Notes: generated from the letters alone by a model not told the origin. Shown: positions 25,665 through 34,831, counted from the stretch's first letter. The stretch is 36,684 nucleotides of DNA from Lachnospiraceae bacterium (GCA_016286115.1 JAEESA010000001.1:1-36684); one strand, 5' to 3'. Program-made: numbers and translations.

Positions 25665-26560
25665 TGGCAAGGAGACGTAAAGATACCGAAGGCCGCCTCG
25701 AGAGAGGACCGTCCGCTGTTATAAAAATGATCATTGCGATCCTGATCGCAGTATATGTGTTGTTCCCCTTCTATCTGGTGGTGATCAACTCTGCAAAGAC
25801 GACATCCGATATCACCGCGAACCCGATCTCCTTAAGCGGGGTCAGCTTCCAGCAGCTCGGCCAGAACCTTCTGGACGTGACGACGAATACGCACTTCGAG
25901 TTCTGGAGCGCATTCGGAACCTCCGTGGTCATCACGCTGGTATCGCTTTTCCTGCTGGCGCTGTTCGGCGGAATGGCAGCATGGGTGATCTGCCGTAACA
26001 ACAAGACCAAATGGGCAACTGCGATCTACTTCGTGTTCATCGCATCCATGATCATTCCGTTCCAGGTGGTCATGCTTCCGTTGATCGCAACCTTCCGTGA
26101 TGTAGGTAAGTTCGTCGGAATTTCAATGCTCCAGTCGATCCCCGGTATCGTGTTTGCGTATTGCGGGTTCGGCGGCGCCATGACGGTGTTCATCCTTGTC
26201 GGTTTCATCAAGGGTGTGCCGTATGACCTGGAAGAGGCTGCGTCCATCGACGGCTGCCCGCCGGAGCAGATCTTCTTCCGTATCATCTTCCCGCTGCTTA
26301 AGCCGGTGCTTACGACGGTTACGATCTTGAACGGTATGTGGATCTGGAATGACTACCTCCTGCCGTCCATGATGCTCGGGCAGAACGGAAAAGTGAAAAC
26401 ACTTCCGGTGGCGGTGCAGGCCTTCGTCGGGTCGTACGTCAAGGAGTGGAACATGATCCTGGCAGCAGCCATGCTTGCGATCATACCGATGATCATCGTC
26501 TTCCTGGTAGCACAGAAGCAGATCATGAAAGGCATGATCGAAGGCGCGGTCAAGGGTTAA
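25664..26560 (+). CDS. Sugar ABC transporter permease (MalG-like)
   Basis: The start overlaps the upstream stop (TAATG). The EAA loop reads EAASIDGCPPEQIFFRIIFPLLKP. Confidence 0.9.
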   Translation: MARRRKDTEGRLERGPSAVIKMIIAILIAVYVLFPFYLVVINSAKTTSDITANPISLSGVSFQQLGQNLLDVTTNTHFEFWSAFGTSVVITLVSLFLLALFGGMAAWVICRNNKTKWATAIYFVFIASMIIPFQVVMLPLIATFRDVGKFVGISMLQSIPGIVFAYCGFGGAMTVFILVGFIKGVPYDLEEAASIDGCPPEQIFFRIIFPLLKPVLTTVTILNGMWIWNDYLLPSMMLGQNGKVKTLPVAVQAFVGSYVKEWNMILAAAMLAIIPMIIVFLVAQKQIMKGMIEGAVKG

Positions 26561-27379
26561 ATGAGAAGTCTTTTTAACGCTGAGGGACCGCTGATGCGGG
26601 CCCTCAGTGATCTAATGAACATTTTGATCATCAATCTCTGCACGATACTCTGCTGTATCCCCATCGTTACCGCAGGCGCGGCGCTGTCTTCCATGCACTA
26701 TTGTATCCTGAAAGTGATGGACAGCGAGGACGGCGGGCTCGTTAAAATGTATTTCCGACAGTTCAAGGGAAACTTACGGTCATCCACACCCGTTTGGCTT
26801 GTGGTTTTGTTTTCTGCGGCCTTTCTTGCGTTTGACCTGTACGTATTCCGGAACCAGGGAAAAGGGGAGCTGCATCCTTTGGTGATCATTGTTTTTGTGG
26901 CTGCGTTTATTCTGCTGGCGCTGTATGTATGGCTCTTCCCTTACATGGCGAAGTTTGAAAACAGCTTTGGCGCGACCTTCAAAAACGCGGCGATCCTTGC
27001 AGTGGCAAAGTTTCCGCGAACGATCCTGATGATGGCGATCAATGTGGTCATCCCGTTCATCCTGACACAGGATATGCGGCTGATCCCGCTGGTGGTTGTG
27101 TTTGGGCTGTCCCTGCCGGCGTATCTCAGCGCCTTATTGTATCGGTCGGTCATCATGGGGATGGTGGAAAATGCGCAGGCAAAGCAGGAAGCGGCTGCTA
27201 TTGAAGCAGGGGAAGGAAAAGAACCGGAGGCTGCGGCGATCGAAGAAGGGGAAGGAAAAGAACCGGAGGCTGCGGAAGAGGGAACTTTTGAAGAACCAGC
27301 AGAGGCGTCTGCTGAAGAGGCAGAAGAGAAGGCAACGATGCAGGCAGAATCGGATCAGGAAGGATCCGGGGAGGATTGA
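26561..27379 (+). CDS. YesL/DUF624-family membrane protein with an acidic repeat tail
   Basis: The ATG directly abuts the upstream stop. The N-terminus FNAEGPLMRALSDLMNILIINLCTILCCIPIVTAGAALSSMHYC is typical of DUF624 proteins that accompany CUT1 transporters. Confidence 0.8.
   Translation: MRSLFNAEGPLMRALSDLMNILIINLCTILCCIPIVTAGAALSSMHYCILKVMDSEDGGLVKMYFRQFKGNLRSSTPVWLVVLFSAAFLAFDLYVFRNQGKGELHPLVIIVFVAAFILLALYVWLFPYMAKFENSFGATFKNAAILAVAKFPRTILMMAINVVIPFILTQDMRLIPLVVVFGLSLPAYLSALLYRSVIMGMVENAQAKQEAAAIEAGEGKEPEAAAIEEGEGKEPEAAEEGTFEEPAEASAEEAEEKATMQAESDQEGSGED
27190..27270 (+). repeat. In-frame tandem repeat (42 + 39 bp) inside the DUF624 gene
   Basis: Copy 1 encodes AAAIEAGEGKEPEA (27190-27231). 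Copy 2 encodes AAIEEGEGKEPEA (27232-27270). A partial third copy (AEEG) follows. Confidence 0.8.
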
Positions 27380-27382
27380 GCT

Positions 27383-28792
27383 TTGAGAACGAGTGGAATT
27401 TTATTTCCTGTTTTTTCCCTGCCCGGGAAATACGGGATCGGTGGTTTTTCCAAAGAGGCGTATGCCTTTGTGGATTTTTTGAAGGAAACGGAACAGACGT
27501 ACTGGCAGATCCTGCCGCTCGGCCCGACGGGATACGGGGATTCGCCTTACCAGTCCTTTTCTACTTTCGCGGGAAATCCTTACTTTATCAGTCTTGAAAA
27601 ACTGATAGAAGACGGGCTTCTCACGGAAGAGGAATGCGCTGAAGCGGATGCGGAAACCGGGGCTTCGATCGATTACGGAAAGCTGTATCAGACGCGGCTG
27701 GAGCTTCTCCATAAGGCGTTTGAACGGAGCTTCCATGACAGCGAACCGGCGTTTTTGGAGTTCCGTGAACAAAATTCATTCTGGTTGGAGGGTTATGCGG
27801 AATTCATGGTGAAAAAGGAAGGACGGGAACAGGCCTTCTATGAATTCTTGCAGTATGAGTTTCTGACGGAATGGAAAGCGCTGAAGGCATACGCAAAAGA
27901 ACAGGGGATCCGCATCATCGGCGATATCCCGATCTATGTTTCGGAGGACAGCGCGGATTTTACGACGCATCCCGAGCTCTTCCAGATCGATGAGAACGGG
28001 CGGTTAAAAAGCATCGCGGGTGTTCCGCCGGACGGGTTTTCCGAGGACGGGCAGGTCTGGGGAAATCCCTTATATAACTGGGAGTATCATAAAGAAACGG
28101 GCTATGCCTGGTGGCTGAAACGGATCGAAAAATGCCTTGAATTATATGACGTAATAAGGATCGATCATTTCCGCGGATTTGATGAATATTTTGCGATCCC
28201 CTGCGGCGAGAAGACCGCGAAAAACGGGCACTGGGAAAAGGGCCCCGGGATCAGCCTTTTCAGGGCTGTGGAACGGCGGTTCGGTAAAGTCCCGATCATC
28301 GCGGAGGACCTCGGTTATGTGACTGACGGCGTGCGGCAGCTCGTAAAAGAGACGGGCTTCCCGAACATGAAGGTGCTGGGATTTGCCTTTGATTCGAGAG
28401 ACTCGACCGGCGCGATGGAATACCTCCCGTATCGTTACAACAGGAACTGCGTGGTCTATTCCGGAACGCATGACAACGAGACGCTGCGGGGCTGGATCGA
28501 CGACATCCTTCCGGAGGAAAGAGAGACGGTGGAGCGGTATCTTGATGTGCGAACGGACGATCCCTTAGAGATCGTGGATAAGATCCTCATCATGGCGCAG
28601 AGCTCGGTTGCGGATACCTGTATCCTGCCGCTCCAGGACTATCTGGGACTCGATAACAGCGCGCGGATCAACCACCCGTCGGTGCTCGGCGGAAACTGGT
28701 CCTGGCGGATGAAGAAAGAAGATTTTACGGAAGAGCTGAAGGCAAAGATAAAGAACATGACAACACTTTACGGAAGAGGTTATTATGGGTGA
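27383..28792 (+). CDS. malQ: 4-alpha-glucanotransferase (amylomaltase, GH77)
   Basis: TTG start 7 nt after GGGGAGGA. Blocks: SGILFPVFSLPGKYGIG, WQILPLGPTGYGDSPYQS, IRIIGDIPIYV, IRIDHFRGF and GTHDN. Confidence 0.9.
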   Translation: MRTSGILFPVFSLPGKYGIGGFSKEAYAFVDFLKETEQTYWQILPLGPTGYGDSPYQSFSTFAGNPYFISLEKLIEDGLLTEEECAEADAETGASIDYGKLYQTRLELLHKAFERSFHDSEPAFLEFREQNSFWLEGYAEFMVKKEGREQAFYEFLQYEFLTEWKALKAYAKEQGIRIIGDIPIYVSEDSADFTTHPELFQIDENGRLKSIAGVPPDGFSEDGQVWGNPLYNWEYHKETGYAWWLKRIEKCLELYDVIRIDHFRGFDEYFAIPCGEKTAKNGHWEKGPGISLFRAVERRFGKVPIIAEDLGYVTDGVRQLVKETGFPNMKVLGFAFDSRDSTGAMEYLPYRYNRNCVVYSGTHDNETLRGWIDDILPEERETVERYLDVRTDDPLEIVDKILIMAQSSVADTCILPLQDYLGLDNSARINHPSVLGGNWSWRMKKEDFTEELKAKIKNMTTLYGRGYYG

Positions 28793-30617
28793 TTTTGAAA
28801 ACAGTCTTTCCGAACGGATGGACGAACTGAGATGGCTTTATTTTGAGCTTTACGGGGAGAATTATCCGGCGTTTGAATACCTCCTTACAGTATTGAAGGA
28901 TAGCTATAAAAAAAGGAGCGCGAGCCTGAAACGCTGGGATAAAAAAAGGACGGCGGATGAGCGGTGGTATAAGGACAACCAGCGCCTTGGCATGCTGATG
29001 TATGTGGACTGCTTTGCGGGGACCTTAAACGGGGTGAAAGAAAAGCTCCCCTACATCCATGAGACCGGCGTGAATTACCTGCACCTGATGCCGTTATTAA
29101 AGAGCCCGGAGGGCAGGAGCGACGGCGGTTACGCGGTATCTGATTTTAGGAACGTGGAGCCGAAGCTCGGGGATATCAAGGACCTGTCTCTTTTAGCAGA
29201 GGAGTGCCATAAGGATAATATCAGCATCTGCCTTGACTTTGTGATGAACCACACAAGTGAAGACCATGAGTGGGCCATAAAGGCGAAGCAGGGGGATCCC
29301 GTGGCGCAGAGCCGGTACTTCTTCTTTGATGATTGGAGCATTCCGAACGAGTACGAAAAGTACGTGCCGCAGGTCTTTCCGCAGACGGCGCCCGGGAATT
29401 TCACCTGGTGCGATGAAGCGAAAAAAGTGGTCATGACCACCTTCTATCCCTATCAGTGGGATCTGAATTACGGCAATCCGACCGTGTTCAACGATATGAC
29501 CGCGAACATGCTCTACTTGTGCAACTGTGGCGTGGATATCGTGCGGCTGGACGCGACGCCCTACATCTGGAAGACGCTCGGAACCACCTGCCGCAATCTT
29601 CCGCAGGTGCATTCGCTGGTGCGGATGATGCGGATCGCGGCGGAGATCGTGTGCCCCGGAACGCTGCTCCTTGGCGAGGTTGTGATGGAGCCGAAGGAGG
29701 TTGTGCCGTATTTCGGACCCGTGGAAAAACCTGAGTGCCACATGTTATATAACGTGACGACAATGGCCAGTACCTGGCATACCGTGGCGACGCAGGATGT
29801 AAGGCTTTTGGAACACCAGCTCGGGAGCGTGTTTGCTTTGCCGAAGGACTATGTATTCTTAAATTACCTTCGCTGCCATGATGACATCGGCTGGGGCCTC
29901 GATTACAACTTCCTGAAACAGTTCGGGCTGAATGAAGTCGGGCATAAGAAGTATCTTAACGATTATTTCCGCGGATATATTTACGGGAGCGAAGCAAGGG
30001 GAGAGCTCTATAATGATGACCCGCGGCTTGGAGACGCGAGGCTTTGCGGCACCACGGCCTCGCTCTGCGGGATCGAAGCGGCGGAATATGAAAAGGATGA
30101 GGAGAAGCTTGCGCGCGGGATCGAGCTGGACATCATGCTCCATGCGTTCCTTTTGACCCTGTCCGGAATTCCCGTGCTTTACAGCGGGGATGAAGTCGGG
30201 ATGTTAAACGACTACACCTACCACGAAGACCCGCTGAAATGGGATGACAGCAGGTATCTCCATCGTGGGAAATTCCCGTGGAAGGAGGCGGCGGATAGGA
30301 CCAAGGCGAAGACGCGGCCCGGGAAGATCTACAAGGGGATCCAAAAGTTCCTCAAGATCCGGAAAGAACACCGCGCGTTCGACTCGGCGGCCGACACCTG
30401 GATCATCCCGACAGGCAACGACCATGTGCTCGGCATCGGGCGGTTCTACCGGAACGAAAAGCTGGTCGCATTCTTCAATTTCAGCCACCTCCCGCAGCTC
30501 ATCTACACCGGGGAGTGGGAACAGTTTAAGGACGCATTTTCCGCTAAGAAGGCAAAGCTGGACCGCGTTGAACTCCTGCCGTACGGGTATGTCTGGTATT
30601 TGAAGGATTACGATTAA
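28785..30617 (+). CDS. Amylosucrase-like GH13 enzyme (GH13_4 type), cytoplasmic
   Basis: Overlaps the malQ end by 8 nt. Blocks GVNYLHLMPLLKSPEGRSDGGYAVSDFRNVEPKLG, DFVMNHTSEDHEW, FYPYQWDLNYGNP, VDIVRLDATPYIWK, LLGEVV, YLRCHDDIGW and LYSGDEVGMLND run parallel to Neisseria polysaccharea amylosucrase as I recall it. Confidence 0.8.
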   Translation: MGDFENSLSERMDELRWLYFELYGENYPAFEYLLTVLKDSYKKRSASLKRWDKKRTADERWYKDNQRLGMLMYVDCFAGTLNGVKEKLPYIHETGVNYLHLMPLLKSPEGRSDGGYAVSDFRNVEPKLGDIKDLSLLAEECHKDNISICLDFVMNHTSEDHEWAIKAKQGDPVAQSRYFFFDDWSIPNEYEKYVPQVFPQTAPGNFTWCDEAKKVVMTTFYPYQWDLNYGNPTVFNDMTANMLYLCNCGVDIVRLDATPYIWKTLGTTCRNLPQVHSLVRMMRIAAEIVCPGTLLLGEVVMEPKEVVPYFGPVEKPECHMLYNVTTMASTWHTVATQDVRLLEHQLGSVFALPKDYVFLNYLRCHDDIGWGLDYNFLKQFGLNEVGHKKYLNDYFRGYIYGSEARGELYNDDPRLGDARLCGTTASLCGIEAAEYEKDEEKLARGIELDIMLHAFLLTLSGIPVLYSGDEVGMLNDYTYHEDPLKWDDSRYLHRGKFPWKEAADRTKAKTRPGKIYKGIQKFLKIRKEHRAFDSAADTWIIPTGNDHVLGIGRFYRNEKLVAFFNFSHLPQLIYTGEWEQFKDAFSAKKAKLDRVELLPYGYVWYLKDYD

Positions 30618-30642
30618 TATTTTTGTTGTGTTGCTCGTTAGC

Positions 30643-30670
30643 GGATCCGGCTTTTTAGCCGGATCCTTTG
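30643..30670 (+). terminator. Intrinsic terminator of the ABC-malQ-amylosucrase operon
   Basis: GGATCCGGC (30643-30651) pairs with GCCGGATCC (30658-30666) across a 6-nt loop, followed by TTTG. Confidence 0.7.
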
Positions 30671-30728
30671 ACGTCCTGATCCTTTTTTTGTCGACTTTAT
30701 CCGAAAAACGTAGTAAAATTAACATACT

Positions 30729-32834
30729 ATGTTCAAAAGAAAAAATACGATATTACCGCTTCTCCTGGCGGGGGTGATGCTGCTCGGCGCTTGTGGGGAG
30801 AAGAAGGCGAATGAGGTCGTACTCGATCAGGGTTCGACGCCTGTGATCGAGGCGGCGGTTTCGGAAGAAACGGAAGCTCCGGAGGAGCCGGAGAGCGAAA
30901 CGGAGCCTATGATAGAGGAAACGGAAACAGAATCGGAAAAGACGGAAATTCAGATCGAACCGGTGGAAGAAGAGGAGCCTGAACCGGTGGAGGACGAAGA
31001 GAAGATCATCCAAAAGGCCGTGGAAGACAAGCTCTCGGAGATGAGCGCGGAGGAAAAGGTCTGGCAGCTGTTTATCGTGACACCGGAGCAGTTGACAGGC
31101 ACGGATACGGTGGTCCGCGCGGGCGATACGACAAGGCAGGCGTTAGAGGATCATATGGTCGGCGGGATCATTTATATGGGCCCGAATCTGATCGACAGAA
31201 AACAGGTCAAGACGATGCTCGGGGCCACGCAGGGGTTCGCGCTGAAGGAGAACGATCTGCCGCTCTTTCTCGCGGTGGATGAGGAAGGCGGAAGAGTGCA
31301 GCGGATCGGCGGAAAAGAAGGATTCGATTCGCCCTACATTTCCCCTATGCAGGAAGTGGCGGCAAAAGGAGAAGAGGCAGTTGCGGAAGCAGCGAACCTG
31401 ATCGGAAGAGGGCTGTACGGCTTGGGTTTTAATCTCGATTTTGCGCCCTGCGCGGACGTGCTTACGAACCCGGAAAACGAGGTGATCGGAGCCAGGTCCT
31501 TTGGTTCTGATCCGGCGCTTGTATCCGCGTATGCATCTCTGTTTGCAAAAAAACTTAGGGAAAATAACGTGCTTCCGACCTATAAGCATTTCCCCGGACA
31601 CGGCGGAACGACGGAGGACAGCCATGAGGGAATGGCGGTTCTGCCAGGGACTTATGAAACGTTGAGCCAGGGCGCGCTTGTGCCGTTTCGAAACGGGGCG
31701 GCGGAAGGTATCGAATTCATCATGACCGGCCATATTTCCTGTCCGGATATCACGGGAGACTACACGCCGGCGAGCCTTTCCGAACCGCTTACGAACGGGA
31801 TCCTTCGAGGGGATCTCGGGTATGATGGGATCGTGATCACGGATGCGCTCAACATGGGAGCGGTGACGCAGAAATATTCGGCGGGAGAGGCAGCAGTACT
31901 GGCTTTGCAGGCAGGAAACGACATGCTCCTGATGCCGGAAGACTTGGGTGCAGCGCACGATGGCGTAATGAGCGCGCTGCAGGATGGGCGCCTTTCCGAG
32001 GACAGGCTTGATACGTCCGTGAAGAGGATCCTGGAACAAAAATACCGGTGGATGTATACGGAGATGAACGCGCTGCCGGATGATGAAAACGGCGAATATT
32101 TCTACTATATTGACGCCGGAAAACACTGGCATTTTGCGTATCTGGATAACGACGTTCCGAAAACGGATTTTGATATTTCGCTCCTTACAAATAACGAAGA
32201 AGGGATCTCTTATCAGGACCCGAACGTGCAGCTTATCCGCGGGATCGACGTTTCCTCACACAACGGTACGATCGACTATGCGGCGGTCAAAGCCGCAGGC
32301 ATCGACTTTGTGATCATAAGGGCTGCCTTCCGGGGATACGGGGAAGAAGGGACGCTCAATACGGATACGAAGCTCCATGAGAACCTTTCGACGGCGCTGG
32401 ACGCGGGACTGGAGGTTGGCGTTTATGTGTTTTCGCAGGCGGTCAACGAGGCGGAAGCCGTGGAGGAAGCGGAGCTCGTGATGAAGGAACTGGACGGGAT
32501 CTATCTTTCGCTTCCGATCGTATTCGATCCGGAGTCCATCAAGGACAGCGAGGCGAGAACGGACGATATTCCGGGCGAGCAGTTTACGAGGAACAGCATC
32601 GCGTTTTGCGATACGGTCCGCGCGGCGGGCTATGAACCCATGATCTACTGCAACATGGTCTGGGAAGCCGAAATGCTGGATCTTTCCAGATTTGGCGATA
32701 CAAAGATATGGTATGCGGACTATGAAAATAAACCGCAGACGCCGTATCGATATGCGTTTTGGCAATATTCTGAAGAAGGAAACATTCCCGGGGTCGATGA
32801 CCCTGTGGATCTGGATGTCTGGCTTAAAACCTGA
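30729..32834 (+). CDS. Lipoprotein fusing a GH3 beta-N-acetylhexosaminidase (NagZ-like) domain to a C-terminal GH25 muramidase domain
   Basis: Signal peptide with lipobox LLLAGVMLLGAC, then a Glu/Thr/Pro-rich linker. The GH3 part has VDEEGGRVQR and KHFPGHGGTTEDSHEG. The GH25 part starts near 32230 with IRGIDVSSHNGTIDYAAVKAAGIDFVIIRA and also has VFDPES and FWQYSEEGNIPGV. Confidence 0.85.
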   Translation: MFKRKNTILPLLLAGVMLLGACGEKKANEVVLDQGSTPVIEAAVSEETEAPEEPESETEPMIEETETESEKTEIQIEPVEEEEPEPVEDEEKIIQKAVEDKLSEMSAEEKVWQLFIVTPEQLTGTDTVVRAGDTTRQALEDHMVGGIIYMGPNLIDRKQVKTMLGATQGFALKENDLPLFLAVDEEGGRVQRIGGKEGFDSPYISPMQEVAAKGEEAVAEAANLIGRGLYGLGFNLDFAPCADVLTNPENEVIGARSFGSDPALVSAYASLFAKKLRENNVLPTYKHFPGHGGTTEDSHEGMAVLPGTYETLSQGALVPFRNGAAEGIEFIMTGHISCPDITGDYTPASLSEPLTNGILRGDLGYDGIVITDALNMGAVTQKYSAGEAAVLALQAGNDMLLMPEDLGAAHDGVMSALQDGRLSEDRLDTSVKRILEQKYRWMYTEMNALPDDENGEYFYYIDAGKHWHFAYLDNDVPKTDFDISLLTNNEEGISYQDPNVQLIRGIDVSSHNGTIDYAAVKAAGIDFVIIRAAFRGYGEEGTLNTDTKLHENLSTALDAGLEVGVYVFSQAVNEAEAVEEAELVMKELDGIYLSLPIVFDPESIKDSEARTDDIPGEQFTRNSIAFCDTVRAAGYEPMIYCNMVWEAEMLDLSRFGDTKIWYADYENKPQTPYRYAFWQYSEEGNIPGVDDPVDLDVWLKT

Positions 32835-32848
32835 AGAGGCATGAGAGG

Positions 32849-34831
32849 ATGAAAAAGAGAAAAAGAAGGATCAGTTTACGGATTGCGATCATCATCGGGA
32901 TCGTCGAAGTTCTTTCGATGGTGGTCATGATGTTCGTCGGAAATTACGGCATGGCAGGGCTTCTGCGCGAAGAGGCCTTTGACAATCTGGGCGTGATCGC
33001 AAAGGATAGGGCGGCTTTGGTGGAGACTTATATCGAAGGGTGTTGCGATTTCGTGGAGGAATACAGCCTGTCGAGTGAGATCCGGAATGTGTTAAAGGAT
33101 CCGGACGACCCGGAGAAGCTTAAAGCGGCAAGGGAATTTACATTGAAGTCCGCGGAAGGGCATGAGAGCATTGAAGGGCTTTACACGGCGGAGTGGGATA
33201 CCTTCGTTCTTGCGCATATCAATCCGGAATCGATGGACCAGACCTTCCGTGAGCCGGACGCAGCAAAGGCGCTGGAGGATCAGATCCGTGAAAAAGGGGA
33301 TGCTTTTTGTACCGGCATCGTGCTCGCGCCGGTGACAAAGAAGATGGTGATCCCGGTGTACGCGCCGGTATTTGACGAAAAGGGAGAGGCGATCGGCTTT
33401 GCCGGAGCGGCCTTCTATACGGACGGGCTGGAGAGGCGGCTGAATGCGCTGACGGAGGATTCGGAAAAGACCGGGTATTCTCTCCTCAACGCGGATAACA
33501 GCGTCTACATCTTTGATGATGACGCATCGCATGTGGGAACGGAATGCAAGGAGCCTGAAAAGGTGGATGCGGTCCGCTATTTCGCAAACGAGGGGAAGGA
33601 CAGCTCCGTCTGGACTTATACCGGAGACGGGCGTGTGGAAGTGTTCTACCGCATACCGGACCGGAACTGGATCTTTGTCGTGGAAGACTCGGAGAGCGCG
33701 GTCTTTGCCGTGATCGATATCATCCGTAACCGCCTGACCATTGCAGGAACAGTCGTAACGATCGCCATGGTGGTGATCTGCTTCATTCTGATCGAGCTCA
33801 CGATGAAGCCTCTGCGCGCGATCAATAACCAGATCGAGCGGCTGAAACGAAGCGATTACTCTAAGAACGAACAGGTCATGAAATACTGCTCCAGAGAGGA
33901 TGAGTTTGGAACGATCGCGAACGCCGTCGTGGAACTGCACGGCGTTATGGAGAACCAGTACCAGCTCTTCCTTGAAATGCTCGAAGCCCAGACGGCGGGA
34001 ACCTTGGTCACTGACGCCGCGGATAAGACGGTGGTGCTGATCAACGGTACAGCACTGAAGCTGTACGGGATCGATCCGAACAAGAAGTCGACGGTCACGC
34101 TGGATGAGATCCGCGCCCGCTTTGACGTGGAGGATCTTTCCAGGATCGAAGAGGCCCGAGACAAGGCGATGAACACCGGAGAAGAGATTACGTTCGAAGC
34201 AGCGGTGACGCACGACGACGGGACCAGGGTGCAGCTCTTTAATCTCGCTAAAGCGGCGCGCCTGTCCAATGGAGACACGGTCGTGATCTTCTCGATCATC
34301 GACATTACAGATCGAAAGCATCTGGAGGAAAATCTTCTCGTGCTTTCCGAAACCGATTCGATGACCGGCCTTTGCAACCGCAGGAGCGGGGAAAGCCGTG
34401 TCGAAAGGGCCCTTCAGGAAGGGCAGCACGGATTGTTCTGCCTCCTTGATGCGAACAAGTTTAAGTATGTAAACGATACCTTCGGGCATGCGACCGGGGA
34501 CCTGGTGCTGATCGCGCTGGCGGAAACCATGCGCAATACCTTCCGGAAGACCGATATCCTGATCCGCCTCGGCGGGGATGAGTTCGCCTTCTTCCTTGCG
34601 GAGGTGGAGGATGTGTCCCTTTGTGAACGCCTGATCGACAAGTTCATGGCAGCGATCGATACGATCGAGATCCCGGAGCTGAAAGGGCATAAGATCACTG
34701 TCAGCCTCGGTGCCGTGATCGTGAAGGAAGAGATGAGCTTTTCAAAGATCTGCAACCGCGCAGATGAGCTGATGTACCGCTGCAAGCAGAAGGGCGGCAT
34801 GCAGTATGAGAAGGAGTGGGATCCTTCTTAA
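32849..34831 (+). CDS. Membrane sensor diguanylate cyclase (TM, extracellular Cache-like domain, TM, PAS, GGDEF)
   Basis: N-terminal TM segment (LRIAIIIGIVEVLSMVVMMFV), an extracytoplasmic region of about 270 aa, and a second TM (IAGTVVTIAMVVICFILIEL). A PAS-like segment follows, then the GGDEF domain with RLGGDEFAFF and an RKTD I-site 5 residues upstream. Confidence 0.9.
   Translation: MKKRKRRISLRIAIIIGIVEVLSMVVMMFVGNYGMAGLLREEAFDNLGVIAKDRAALVETYIEGCCDFVEEYSLSSEIRNVLKDPDDPEKLKAAREFTLKSAEGHESIEGLYTAEWDTFVLAHINPESMDQTFREPDAAKALEDQIREKGDAFCTGIVLAPVTKKMVIPVYAPVFDEKGEAIGFAGAAFYTDGLERRLNALTEDSEKTGYSLLNADNSVYIFDDDASHVGTECKEPEKVDAVRYFANEGKDSSVWTYTGDGRVEVFYRIPDRNWIFVVEDSESAVFAVIDIIRNRLTIAGTVVTIAMVVICFILIELTMKPLRAINNQIERLKRSDYSKNEQVMKYCSREDEFGTIANAVVELHGVMENQYQLFLEMLEAQTAGTLVTDAADKTVVLINGTALKLYGIDPNKKSTVTLDEIRARFDVEDLSRIEEARDKAMNTGEEITFEAAVTHDDGTRVQLFNLAKAARLSNGDTVVIFSIIDITDRKHLEENLLVLSETDSMTGLCNRRSGESRVERALQEGQHGLFCLLDANKFKYVNDTFGHATGDLVLIALAETMRNTFRKTDILIRLGGDEFAFFLAEVEDVSLCERLIDKFMAAIDTIEIPELKGHKITVSLGAVIVKEEMSFSKICNRADELMYRCKQKGGMQYEKEWDPS

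Noticed and set aside
27096-27386. The Lys/Arg-rich 96-aa ORF overlapping the end of the DUF624 gene in another frame.
   Set aside because: It is the frame-shifted reading of the acidic GAA/GAG-rich repeat tail, with no SD and no independent support.
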